Source of the DNA: Erythrobacter sp.
GTDB lineage: Bacteria; Pseudomonadota; Alphaproteobacteria; Sphingomonadales; Sphingomonadaceae
Assembly: GCA_020446625.1 (NCBI GenBank)
Contig: JAGREI010000001.1
Coordinates: forward strand, 1-47,319
Direction of reading: 5' to 3'
DNA: 47,319 nt
Below are positions 22,374 through 31,544 of this stretch, piece after piece (position 1 is the stretch's first letter; the number at the start of each line of letters is the position of its first letter). The notes below the pieces were generated by a model. That model searched no databases, was not told the origin of the DNA, and was given only the letters and a program-made list of their open reading frames with translations. The position numbers were made by a program, and so were the translations under genes.

Positions 22374-22455
22374 ATAAACGCTGAGTCGTGCAAGCCGCGC
22401 GATTCTGGCATTGGTCTGGCGGCGCTTTGACAGTCGCAGTTCGGAGGATCCTGAG

Positions 22456-23463
22456 ATGACCATCAAGCGGGGCGTGAGCCTTTACTCGTTCCAGAACGAG
22501 ACCTTCCAGGGGAAGATGAACCTGGAGGATTGCATCTGTACCTGCGCCGAAATGGGCGCCCGCGGGATCGAGGTGATCGGGGAACAGTCGTTCTGGGGCT
22601 GGCCTGAATACGACGTCGACCCGGCGGCCATCGAAAACTGGCACCAGCTGATCGCCAAGTACGACTGCGTGCCGGTCAGCCACGACTACATGCTCGACTA
22701 CAAGCGGTATAAGGGCCGCATCATGCCCTTCGAGGAGCAGGTTGCCAGCGTGAAGCGCGACATCGAATTCGGCGCGCAGCTGGGCGTTCCCTTCCTTCGC
22801 TCGCTGGTCTCGATCGACCCTGACGTGCTGGTGGCCGCCGCGCCCCATGCCGAAGAACACGGCGTCAAGCTGCTGACTGAAGTTCACGCGCCGCTGCACT
22901 TCGATCACCCGTGGATCATCCGCATTGCCGAAGCCTTCGAGAAGAGCGGGTCGGACGCGCTGGGCTTCCTGCCGGACATGGGCATGTTCGTGCGCCACTA
23001 TCCGCGCGTCTGGCGCGAGAAGTTCGAACGAATGGGCGTGCCGAAGAACATCGCGGACTATATCGAGATGGCATACGAGGACCGCGTGCTGTCCGAGTAC
23101 GTGATCCTTGCCGTGCAGGAGATGGGCGGCACCGGGCCGGCGCTGGCCATGGCCGAAACGCTGCGCCACAACGCTGCCTACGAACCGAAGCGGATGCTCG
23201 ACCACATGGATCGTATCCACAACATCCACGGCAAGTTCTACGAAATCACCGAGGATTACGTGGAGCCGTCGATCCCCTACGACGAGATCGTCTCCATCCT
23301 GCAACAGGGCGGCTACGACGGCTACATCTGCTCCGAATACGAAGGCAACCGCTGGATCGAGGACGCGGAAGAGCCGGACAGCGTGGAGCAGGTGCGCCGC
23401 CAGCAGGTGATGCTGGCACGCCTGCTGGGCGAGCCCGAAGTTCCCGCCCTCAAGGCCGCCTGA
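22456..23463 (+). CDS. C-glycoside deglycosidase alpha subunit, copy 2
   Basis: IKRGVSLYSFQ, EVHAP, LPDMG, NIHGKFY, SEYEG; followed by a DUF6379 gene; GGAGG RBS. Confidence 0.82.
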   Translation: MTIKRGVSLYSFQNETFQGKMNLEDCICTCAEMGARGIEVIGEQSFWGWPEYDVDPAAIENWHQLIAKYDCVPVSHDYMLDYKRYKGRIMPFEEQVASVKRDIEFGAQLGVPFLRSLVSIDPDVLVAAAPHAEEHGVKLLTEVHAPLHFDHPWIIRIAEAFEKSGSDALGFLPDMGMFVRHYPRVWREKFERMGVPKNIADYIEMAYEDRVLSEYVILAVQEMGGTGPALAMAETLRHNAAYEPKRMLDHMDRIHNIHGKFYEITEDYVEPSIPYDEIVSILQQGGYDGYICSEYEGNRWIEDAEEPDSVEQVRRQQVMLARLLGEPEVPALKAA

Positions 23464-23477
23464 AGGAGTACGATCCC

Positions 23478-23870
23478 ATGATGGACAACAAGATGATCGT
23501 CGAGGGCAGCCTCGGCAACTATGTCGATGGCGGCGTGGTGAAGGGCTTCCAGTTCCTTGGCCGCCTGCCTTACTACCGTGGCCTGGGCCTCTCGATGGTG
23601 GAAGACATCGTGATCGAGATCGACGGCGAGACGATCCCCCGCGAGAAGGTGCGCTTCCACGTCCGCGGCAAGACCTACACGCTCGACGAGATGGAAACGG
23701 TTTACGACAACCGCTGGAATTTTGGCGAGCAGGCCACGATCATCGGCCTGCGCGAAGGCGGGCTGGGTGCGGGCAGCCACAAGGTTAGCTTCGCGGTGCG
23801 TTACCGCGTGTCCTACCTGCCCTTCGTGCCGACCACCAAGGATACCAAGGAACTGGCGCTGGCCGCCTGA
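23478..23870 (+). CDS. C-glycoside deglycosidase beta subunit (DUF6379), copy 2
   Basis: GRLPYYRGLGLSMVEDI, RWNFGE, RVSYLP; AAGGAG RBS. Confidence 0.82.
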   Translation: MMDNKMIVEGSLGNYVDGGVVKGFQFLGRLPYYRGLGLSMVEDIVIEIDGETIPREKVRFHVRGKTYTLDEMETVYDNRWNFGEQATIIGLREGGLGAGSHKVSFAVRYRVSYLPFVPTTKDTKELALAA

Positions 23871-23897
23871 TCCACCAGCCTTCCGGGCTGACCTTTT

Positions 23898-23939
23898 GGC
23901 GGCGCGCTTCCAACTCCTCGGGAAGCGCGCCGCCTTTTT
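23898..23939 (+). terminator. Rho-independent terminator
   Basis: 14-bp stem GGCGGCGCGCTTCC / GGAAGCGCGCCGCC followed by TTTTT. Confidence 0.88.
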
Positions 23940-24024
23940 CATGCGCGATCTTGACGCCGCAGCCGTGGATGCCGATGCCCGGCGACAGGCCCTGCCGCTG
24001 CCCTTGACGCCGGGCGCGGCGATA

Positions 24025-24046
24025 AATTAGAACGATCATTACAAAT
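24025..24046. promoter_or_regulatory. Palindromic operator, copy 4 (AATTAGAA-N6-TTACAAAT)
   Basis: Perfect left half and degenerate right half; TTGACG at 24004-24009. Confidence 0.6.
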
Positions 24047-24063
24047 GCATTGGGAGACAGCGA

Positions 24064-25179
24064 ATGCGACGCCTGCGAATGGGCATGATCGGCGGCGGGC
24101 CGGGGGCCTTCATCGGCCCGGTACACCGCTTCGCTGCCGAGCTGGACCGCGAGATCGAACTGGTGGCAGGCGTGTTCTCCTCAAACCCCGATCGGTCGCG
24201 CTCAGCTGCGGATCAGTACCGCATTGACCCGGCGCGGGCTTACGGTTCGCTGGACGAAATGTTCGCCGCCGAAGCGGCACGGGAGGACGGGATCGACTTC
24301 GTCTCGGTAGTCACGCCCAACCACAATCACCTGCCGTCGGCTCGCGCGGCGCTGGCGGCGGGCCTGCCGGTGATGACCGACAAGCCGCTGACCGCGACCC
24401 TGGCAGAGGCGCAGGAACTGGCGGGACTGGTGGCCGCAGCGGGCCTGCCGTTCGGCGTCACCTTCACCTACACCGGCTATCCGCTGGTGCGCGAAATGCG
24501 TGAACGGGTGGCGGCGGGCGCTATCGGCACCTTGCGCAAGGTGGTGGTGGAATACCCGCAAGGCTGGCTGTCGCAGCCCGCCGAGGGGAAACAGGCCGAA
24601 TGGCGTGTCGACCCGGCGCAGGCGGGGGCGGGCGGCTGCATCGGGGACATCGGCGTCCACGCCTTCAACCTGGCCGAATTCGTCACCGGGCAGCGCGTCA
24701 CCCGCCTCTTGGCAGACCTTGCCGCCGTGGTGCCGGGTCGCGCGCTCGACGACGATTGCACCGTGCTGCTGCGGTTCGAGGGCGGCGCGCGCGGGGTATT
24801 GCTGGCGAGCCAGATCGAGGTGGGCGAACTCAACGGCCTGCGCATCCGCTGCTATGGCGACAAGGGCGGGATCAGCTGGCGGCAGGAACAGCCCAACAGC
24901 TTCCTGCTCCATCATGCCGATGGCCGCACCGAACTGGTGCGCGCGGGCGATGCCTCGCTCGGGGCGCTTGCCGCCGGGTTCGCCCGCACGCCGGGCGGCC
25001 ATCCGGAAGGCTATCTGGAAGCCTTCGCCAACATCTACCGCGACTTTGCCGCCACCCTGCGCGGCGAGCCTGCGCCCTGCCTGCCGGGCATAGCTGAAGG
25101 GCTGCGCGGCATGACGTTCATCGATACCGCCGTGCGCGCCAGTGCTGCCGAGGCGGGCTGGGTGGACCTGGTCAACTGA
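24064..25179 (+). CDS. Gfo/Idh/MocA family NAD(P)-dependent oxidoreductase
   Basis: GMIGGGPGAFIGPVHR, VTPNHNH, TDKP, GDIGVH, GHPEGYLEAFANIY. Confidence 0.88.
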   Translation: MRRLRMGMIGGGPGAFIGPVHRFAAELDREIELVAGVFSSNPDRSRSAADQYRIDPARAYGSLDEMFAAEAAREDGIDFVSVVTPNHNHLPSARAALAAGLPVMTDKPLTATLAEAQELAGLVAAAGLPFGVTFTYTGYPLVREMRERVAAGAIGTLRKVVVEYPQGWLSQPAEGKQAEWRVDPAQAGAGGCIGDIGVHAFNLAEFVTGQRVTRLLADLAAVVPGRALDDDCTVLLRFEGGARGVLLASQIEVGELNGLRIRCYGDKGGISWRQEQPNSFLLHHADGRTELVRAGDASLGALAAGFARTPGGHPEGYLEAFANIYRDFAATLRGEPAPCLPGIAEGLRGMTFIDTAVRASAAEAGWVDLVN

Positions 25180-25195
25180 CAACCGGAGAGACAGC

Positions 25196-26251
25196 ATGAA
25201 GACGATCAAGGGACCGGCGATCTTCCTCGCCCAGTTTGCGGGCGATGCGGCCCCGTTCAACTCGCTCGACGCGATCTGCGGCTGGGTGGCGGGCCTGGGA
25301 TACAAGGGCGTGCAGATACCCAGCTGGGACGCGCGGCTGTTCGACCTCGACAAGGCTGCCGCCAGCCAGGACTATTGCGACGAAGTGGCGGGCGTGGTGG
25401 CCAGCCACGGCCTCGCCATCACCGAGCTTTCCACGCACCTGCAAGGCCAGCTGGTGGCGGTCCACCCGGCCTATGATGCGCAGTTCGACGGGTTTGCCGC
25501 ACCGCATGTGCGCGGCAATCCGCAGGCGCGGCAGGAATGGGCGGTGGACCAGGTGAAGAAGGCCGGCACCGCCAGCCAGCGGCTGGGCCTGACCGCACAT
25601 GCCACCTTCTCCGGCGCGCTGGCCTGGCCTTACCTCTACCCCTGGCCGCAGCGCCCGGCGGGACTGGTGGAGGATGCCTTCGACGAACTGGCGCGTCGGT
25701 GGACGCCGATTCTCGACCATTTCGACCAGTGCGGCGTCGACGTGGCCTATGAAATCCATCCCGGCGAAGACCTGCACGACGGCGTGACTTTCGAGATGTT
25801 CCTCGAACGGGTGAACAACCACCCGCGCGCCAACATTCTCTACGATCCCAGCCACTTCGTGCTGCAATGCCTCGACTATCTCGATTACATCGACATCTAC
25901 CACGAGCGTATCAAGTGCTTCCACGTGAAGGATGCCGAGTTCAACCCCACCGGGCGGCAGGGCGTTTACGGCGGCTTCCAGTCGTGGGTCGATCGCGCGG
26001 GGCGGTTCCGTTCGCTGGGTGACGGGCAGGTCGATTTTTCCGCGATCTTCAGCAAGATGGCGCAGTACGATTTTCCCGGCTGGGCGGTGCTGGAATGGGA
26101 ATGCGCGCTGAAGCATCCCGAACAGGGCGCGGCCGAAGGGGCGCCGTTCATCGCCAATCACATCATCACGGTGACCGAACATGCGTTTGACGATTTCGCC
26201 GCCGGCAGCGCCGATCGCGAACTCAACCGGCGGCTGATGGGGATCGGCTAG
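25196..26251 (+). CDS. Sugar phosphate isomerase/epimerase TIM barrel (IolE-like; candidate hydratase/lyase)
   Basis: IKGPAIFLAQF, YEIHPGEDLHDG, YDPSHF, FHVKDAEF, LEWEC. Confidence 0.87.
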   Translation: MKTIKGPAIFLAQFAGDAAPFNSLDAICGWVAGLGYKGVQIPSWDARLFDLDKAAASQDYCDEVAGVVASHGLAITELSTHLQGQLVAVHPAYDAQFDGFAAPHVRGNPQARQEWAVDQVKKAGTASQRLGLTAHATFSGALAWPYLYPWPQRPAGLVEDAFDELARRWTPILDHFDQCGVDVAYEIHPGEDLHDGVTFEMFLERVNNHPRANILYDPSHFVLQCLDYLDYIDIYHERIKCFHVKDAEFNPTGRQGVYGGFQSWVDRAGRFRSLGDGQVDFSAIFSKMAQYDFPGWAVLEWECALKHPEQGAAEGAPFIANHIITVTEHAFDDFAAGSADRELNRRLMGIG

Positions 26252-26254
26252 GGG

Positions 26255-26878
26255 TCAACCCCAGCCGGGCGCCTTGCCGGGCTTCCACTCGATCGAGCAA
26301 CCCGCGCTTGGCACCTGCGGCTGCGGCGCGGGCTGGTCTGCCAGCACGGCATCGGCGGCGCGGCGCAGGTCTACGCCGGTGACCGGCAGGCTGCGACGGT
26401 ACATTTCTGTTCCTGGCAGCGGCGGATGCGGCAAGGGCGGGCGGCTGGGATCGAACTGCCCGCAATAGGCCAGCTGCATCGCGCCATCCGCTCCCCTGGC
26501 GTAGAGGAAGAAATCGGGCGTGCAGATCGCACCATAGGCCAGCGCCACCTCTTGCGTTTCGTCGTGCAGGTAAGGGAAGGGGAAGTGCCTTTCCGCCGCC
26601 AGGATGGCCATGTGCCGTGGGCTGTCCTCGGGAAACTGCACCGCGTCGTTCGCGGAGATGGCCACGACTTGCAGCCCTTGCGGCGTGTATTCGTTCGCAA
26701 ATTCGATCAGCCCGTCGAGCAGGTGCAGCACGAAGGGGCAATGGTTGCAGATGAACGTCACCAGCAGCCCCTTGCCATGGATGAACTCGTCCAGGCTGCG
26801 CAGGGTGCCGGTGGTGTCGGGCAAGGCGAACGGGTGAGGTGCGGCGCCGTAATCGACCTGGCGCGACAGCTTGAGCAT
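26255..26878 (-). CDS. Thioredoxin-fold redoxin (AhpC/TSA-like)
   Basis: FICNHCPFV, AISAND, FPYLHDETQEVA.AYGAICTPDFF, GCSIEWK. GGAGG lies 6 nt before ATG 26878; alternative start at 26884. Confidence 0.87.
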   Translation of the reverse strand: MLKLSRQVDYGAAPHPFALPDTTGTLRSLDEFIHGKGLLVTFICNHCPFVLHLLDGLIEFANEYTPQGLQVVAISANDAVQFPEDSPRHMAILAAERHFPFPYLHDETQEVALAYGAICTPDFFLYARGADGAMQLAYCGQFDPSRPPLPHPPLPGTEMYRRSLPVTGVDLRRAADAVLADQPAPQPQVPSAGCSIEWKPGKAPGWG

Positions 26879-26892
26879 GGACATCCTCCAGG

Positions 26893-26914
26893 TATTAGAA
26901 TATCCATTCTGATA
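26893..26914. promoter_or_regulatory. Palindromic operator, copy 5 (TATTAGAA-N6-TTCTGATA)
   Basis: Lies between divergent genes. A minus-strand TTGACT (26934-26929) plus 17 nt reaches CAGAAT inside the palindrome. Confidence 0.72.
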
Positions 26915-26947
26915 TGCTTGCATGAGCGAGTCAATCGGGAGTGAGTG

Positions 26948-27535
26948 ATGGAAGGCACGGGCTGGAACCGCCGCGAATTCGTCCGCGCGGCAGCATTGCT
27001 GGGGACGGCCCTGGGCCTGCCCGGCTGTGTGACCGCCACCGCGCTCGATCCCGCGCTGGCCCCGACGATCGACGAGCTGGCTCTGGCGAACACGGTGGCC
27101 GACCTTGTCATCCCCGCCACTGAGACTCCCGGCGCGGCAGAGGCCGATGTGGGCGCCTTCGTGCTGCTGGCGCTGGCGCATGGCCTGGAAGGCGCGCGCG
27201 ACCCGCTGGCTGCCGGGGCGATTACCGCCGCGATCCGTCCGCACCTGCGTGCCGATGGCAGCCTCGATCACATGCGCTGGCTGGCATCCGCGTTGCCCGC
27301 ACCATCACCCTCCAGTCTTGCCGCGCTTGACGCCGCCGCCTTCGCCAACCAGCCCGACGCCCAGCCGTGGCGGCTGCTCAAGCGGCTGATCCTGACCGGC
27401 TACTACACCTCGCAGATCGGCGGATCGCAGGAGCTGCAATATGCCGCCGCCCCCGGTCGCTTCGATCCGATGGTGCCGCTGACGCCGGAAACGCGCGCCT
27501 ATTCGAATGAGTGGAACGGGGTGGAGTTCGGCTGA
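26948..27535 (+). CDS. Gluconate 2-dehydrogenase subunit-3 family Tat small subunit, copy 2
   Basis: NRREFV Tat motif followed by LPGC, VIPATETPGA, KRLILTGYYTSQIG, PGRFDP. Confidence 0.83.
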   Translation: MEGTGWNRREFVRAAALLGTALGLPGCVTATALDPALAPTIDELALANTVADLVIPATETPGAAEADVGAFVLLALAHGLEGARDPLAAGAITAAIRPHLRADGSLDHMRWLASALPAPSPSSLAALDAAAFANQPDAQPWRLLKRLILTGYYTSQIGGSQELQYAAAPGRFDPMVPLTPETRAYSNEWNGVEFG

Positions 27536-29223
27536 TGGAAGAGGACTTCGATTTCGACGCCATCGTGGTCGGTTCGGGCATCACCGGCGGCTGGTCGGCC
27601 AAGCAGCTGACCGAGGCGGGGCTGAAGGTGCTGATGCTGGAACGCGGGCCGGATATTCCGCACCGTTCGGGCTATACCACCGAGATGAAGGCGCCGTGGG
27701 ACATGCCGTTCCGCGGCAAGGGCGACGCCCAGCTCTATGCCGAACAGTACCCGGTCCAGCGGCTGAACCGCCACTTCACCGAATTCACGCAGGATCACTT
27801 CGTCAACGATGCCGAAAACCCCTACCAGCAGGGCGAAGGCGCGTTCGACTGGTTCCGCAGCTACCAGCTGGGCGGGCGCTCGCTGACCTGGGGGCGGCAA
27901 AGCTATCGCTGGTCGGACTATGACTTCGGCGCCAACGCGCGCGATGGCCACGGCACCGACTGGCCGATCCGCTATGCCGACCTTGCCCCGTGGTACGATC
28001 TGGTGGAGGACTTCATCGGCGTATCCGGTTCGCTGGAGGGCCTGCCGCAGCTGCCCGACGGGCATTTCCAGCCGCCGATGGCGCTGAACCCGGTGGAAAG
28101 CGCCGTGCGCGAACGGATTTCCGCGCGCTGGCCCGAACGCCGCCTGATGATCGGGCGCACCGCCAACCTGACGCAGGCCAAGGAAGGGCGCGTACCGTGC
28201 CAGTATCGCTCGATCTGCGCGCGCGGCTGTTCGTTCGGGGCCTATTTCTCCACCCAGTCGAGCACGCTGCCCGCCGCCCAGGCGACCGGCAACCTGACGC
28301 TGGTGACCGATGCCGTGGTGGAGAAGGTGGACTATGATCCGGTGGCAGGCCGCGTCACCGGCGTGCGCTGGATCGACCGCAGCGACATGAGCCGCAAGAG
28401 CGCCTCTGCGCGCATGGTGTTCCTCAATGCGGGCAGCTTCAACTCGGTTCACCTGCTGCTGAATTCGGCCAGCGAAGACCAGCCGCACGGCCTCGCCAAC
28501 CGTTCGGGCGTACTGGGGCAATACATCATGGATCACGCCAGCACCCTGTCGGTGGCGGCGCTGATCCCCGGCTTCGAGCAGGTGACCACCTTCGGCAACC
28601 GCCCCACCGGCACCGTCATCGCGCGCTATCGCAACATGGACGTGATGGACGGCGTGGGCCACACGCGCGGCTATTCGTTTCAGGGCGGGGCGCTACAATC
28701 GGCCTGGGTGCGCGGAATGCGCGAGCCGGGCGTGGGGGCCGATTTCAAGCAGGGCCTGCGCGGTCCCGGCCCCTGGCGCATGGTGCTGGTGGCCTTTGCC
28801 GACTGTATGCCGCGCGCCAGTAATCGCCTGACGCTGGACCGCGCGAACGTGGATGCCAACGGCTTGCCGCAGCTGAAGATCGACTTCGCCTTCGGGGCGG
28901 AGGAACTGGCCGCGCTGGCGCAGGCCAAGGCCGATGCGGCGGAGATGATGGCGCATGTCGGCGGGCAGGTGCTGATGGGCTTCGACCGGCCCGGCACGGC
29001 AGGCAGCGCGATCCACGAGATGGGTGGCGCGCGCATGGGCCACGATCCGGCCACCAGCGTGCTCAACCGCTGGAGCCAGGCGCATGACATTCCCAACCTG
29101 TTCGTCACCGACGGCGCGCAGATGGCGTCAAGCGCCTGCCAGAACCCCTCGCTCACCTACATGGCACTGACCGCGCGGGCGGCAGAGCACGCGGTGGAAC
29201 TTTTGCGCGAAGGGCAGCTGTAA
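27535..29223 (+). CDS. GMC flavoprotein, glucoside 3-dehydrogenase type, copy 2
   Basis: AIVVGSGITGG, GGRSLTWGRQSYR, CQYRSICARGC, YIMDH, IHEMGGARMG, CQNPSLTYMA; TGATG coupling. Confidence 0.88.
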   Translation: MEEDFDFDAIVVGSGITGGWSAKQLTEAGLKVLMLERGPDIPHRSGYTTEMKAPWDMPFRGKGDAQLYAEQYPVQRLNRHFTEFTQDHFVNDAENPYQQGEGAFDWFRSYQLGGRSLTWGRQSYRWSDYDFGANARDGHGTDWPIRYADLAPWYDLVEDFIGVSGSLEGLPQLPDGHFQPPMALNPVESAVRERISARWPERRLMIGRTANLTQAKEGRVPCQYRSICARGCSFGAYFSTQSSTLPAAQATGNLTLVTDAVVEKVDYDPVAGRVTGVRWIDRSDMSRKSASARMVFLNAGSFNSVHLLLNSASEDQPHGLANRSGVLGQYIMDHASTLSVAALIPGFEQVTTFGNRPTGTVIARYRNMDVMDGVGHTRGYSFQGGALQSAWVRGMREPGVGADFKQGLRGPGPWRMVLVAFADCMPRASNRLTLDRANVDANGLPQLKIDFAFGAEELAALAQAKADAAEMMAHVGGQVLMGFDRPGTAGSAIHEMGGARMGHDPATSVLNRWSQAHDIPNLFVTDGAQMASSACQNPSLTYMALTARAAEHAVELLREGQL

Positions 29224-29245
29224 CCGGGCGCACGCGGCGCGAAGG

Positions 29246-30157
29246 TCAATCGCGGTCTTCCAGCACGCCGCTGTTGCGCATCCATTGCAGCATCACTTCG
29301 GCCCAGCCTTCTGTCGGCGTGCCGGGATAGCCCATGCCGAAGCCGTGACCGCCGCTGGGCAGCAGGTGGAATTCGATCGGGCGGCCGGCAGCGCGATAGC
29401 TGTCCACCAGCGGGAAACCCTGGTGCGGGGCCAGCAGGAAGTCATCCGCCGCGATGGTGACGAACATCGGCGGGGCATTTGCCGGCACGTCCATTGCCGC
29501 CATGTTGGGATAGATCGGCGCGGCGAAGTCGGGTGCGTCGTCACCGCCGTGCTCGATCACGCTGCGGGTGAGGAAGCCGCCGGCCGAAAAGCCCATGAAG
29601 CCCACGCGGTGCGGGTCCACGCCGTAGTCGGCAGCGTGCTGGCGCACATAGCGCAGCGCGGCGAGGCCATCCTCCAGCGACTGCGGCGGAGTATCGCTGG
29701 GCGGGCGGAAGCGGCCGGGGCCGCCAGCCCTCATGCTGGCCATTTCCGCGGCGAAGGTCGGCTGGTCCACCGGAGTGGGCACCATGCGGTACTTGAGCAC
29801 GAAGGCGGTAATGCCGTGCTCGGAAAGGAAGCGGGCGACGTCCCACCCTTCGCGCTCGATGGCGAGGCCAAGGAAGCCGCCGCCGGGCGCCACGATCATC
29901 GCCGCACCGGCGTTTTCGCCCTGCGCGGGATAGGCCACCAGCGTCGGCACGGTGACATTGCGCACCTGCCAGGCCGGGCCGAGCGGGTTGCCCTGGTGGA
30001 ACCAGTATTCCTCGTTCGCGGTGTCGGCGGGAACCGACAGCACGATGGCATCCGGCTGGGCCGGGGCGGGCTCCTCCTGTGTCGACCAGGTGGGCATCTG
30101 CGCTGCCGCCGGAGCAGCGAGCAAGGCGAGGGCGGCGAGTGTGAACTTGCGCAGCAT
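29246..30157 (-). CDS. Secreted alpha/beta hydrolase (esterase-like), copy 2
   Basis: Signal MLRKFTLAALALLAAPAAA|Q, VAPGGGF, GFSAG, AADDFL, GGHGFG. Confidence 0.83.
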   Translation of the reverse strand: MLRKFTLAALALLAAPAAAQMPTWSTQEEPAPAQPDAIVLSVPADTANEEYWFHQGNPLGPAWQVRNVTVPTLVAYPAQGENAGAAMIVAPGGGFLGLAIEREGWDVARFLSEHGITAFVLKYRMVPTPVDQPTFAAEMASMRAGGPGRFRPPSDTPPQSLEDGLAALRYVRQHAADYGVDPHRVGFMGFSAGGFLTRSVIEHGGDDAPDFAAPIYPNMAAMDVPANAPPMFVTIAADDFLLAPHQGFPLVDSYRAAGRPIEFHLLPSGGHGFGMGYPGTPTEGWAEVMLQWMRNSGVLEDRD

Positions 30158-30162
30158 GGTCC

Positions 30163-31380
30163 CTAAGCCTCCTTGATTGCAGCCCGGCTGCGCATGAACA
30201 GCGCGATCAGCACGCCGCCGATTACCGCCGCCACGCCGACCACCAGGAAGGCCCCCTGGTTGGTGCCGCTTTCGCTGCGGATAGCGCTCAGCACCCAGGG
30301 CGAGGCGAACTGGCCGAAGAAGAAGGTGGCCGTCCACACGCCCATGCCGCGCCCGCGATGGGCGGCGGGCAGCGTGTTCTGCGCCCAGGCCACCAGCACC
30401 GGCACCGCCATGCCCGCGCCGGTCTGTTGCAGCACCATCCCGGCGATCATGCCCTGCCAGTTGGGCGTCAGCCCCATTAGCGCCAGGCCCGTACCCAGGA
30501 AGCCGAGCATGGCGGCAACCTGCCAGCGCGCGCCCAGGCCCTTGCGCCCCATCAGCCAGAACAGCGCCGCCCCGGCGAGGATGAACAGGCTGGGCAGGGC
30601 GGTGATGCGGCCGATGCTTTCGGGATCGGCAATGCCCAGCTCCTGCCACACCAGCGATCCGTTCACGATGAACACGTAGTAGATCAGCGAGGTGAACAGC
30701 GTCAGCCCGCCGATGCCCAGCATCAGCAGCCAGGGAAAGCCGCCCGTCGATACGCCTTCCTCGTCCATGCCCAGGTTGCGGCGCACGGTGGCGTCGCTTT
30801 CCGGTTCGAACATGCACTTCAGCATGGCGAAGAAGATCGGCAGCGCCATCAGGTAGAGCAGGAAGATGCCGTTCCAGCGCCAGGCCGTCAGCGTTCCGGC
30901 GAAGAAGATCATCACCGACGACAGGAACGGTCCCACCATGCCTTGCAGGGTGAGCCAGGTGCGGCGGTCCTTCTCGCCCCAGTAGTCCGCGATCAAGGTG
31001 TTGATCGTGGTCAGGATCGCCGCCTCGCTGACGCCCAGCAGCAGGCGCGAGGCATAGATCGCGTCGAGATTTTCGAGGAAGAACGGGATCACCCCGATGA
31101 AACCGTAACTGAAGGTGGATACCAGCAGCAGCTTGCGCCGCCCGAACTTGTCCACCAGCACGCCCGCGAACAGCGCGATCACCGCGATGGCCAGCCCCGG
31201 CGCGGTCACCATCGACGGCACCTTGGTGGCGGCATTGGGATCGCTGGGCGCGAAATGGCCGATCATCGCCCCCACGGCGGGGAACATCGAAACGATTGCC
31301 AGGATGGGCAGGAACGCGGTGAGGATCACCGTCAATCCCTGCGGAATGCCGGCCTTTCGCGGCGTGGTTACCTCAGTCAT
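30163..31380 (-). CDS. MFS transporter (12-TMS)
   Basis: GVLVDKFGRRK motif A, RLLLG, LIADYW, HRGRGMG. Confidence 0.87.
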   Translation of the reverse strand: MTEVTTPRKAGIPQGLTVILTAFLPILAIVSMFPAVGAMIGHFAPSDPNAATKVPSMVTAPGLAIAVIALFAGVLVDKFGRRKLLLVSTFSYGFIGVIPFFLENLDAIYASRLLLGVSEAAILTTINTLIADYWGEKDRRTWLTLQGMVGPFLSSVMIFFAGTLTAWRWNGIFLLYLMALPIFFAMLKCMFEPESDATVRRNLGMDEEGVSTGGFPWLLMLGIGGLTLFTSLIYYVFIVNGSLVWQELGIADPESIGRITALPSLFILAGAALFWLMGRKGLGARWQVAAMLGFLGTGLALMGLTPNWQGMIAGMVLQQTGAGMAVPVLVAWAQNTLPAAHRGRGMGVWTATFFFGQFASPWVLSAIRSESGTNQGAFLVVGVAAVIGGVLIALFMRSRAAIKEA

Positions 31381-31476
31381 CAATCCCGCTCCCGTGAGGC
31401 TCGAATCGCCGTTCTTGTGCGCCGTGAAATTGCACCACGGCACCGTGTCGGATTGACGCTAGGCGATTTCACCGCA

Positions 31477-31498
31477 TAATAGAAGCAGCATTTTAATT
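31477..31498. promoter_or_regulatory. Palindromic operator, copy 6 (TAATAGAA-N6-TTTTAATT)
   Basis: Lies between two divergent MFS genes; TTGACG at 31453-31458 and CATAAT at 31475-31480. Confidence 0.68.
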
Positions 31499-31544
31499 TG
31501 CTGCGCCGGAAAGCTCCGGAAGGTCGCAGCGGGCGGGGGCAGGC

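Noticed and set aside
31424-31472. Possible fifth nod-like box on the minus strand (GTGAAAT...ATTTCAC)
   Set aside because: Spacing is off by one and the central AT is not conserved.
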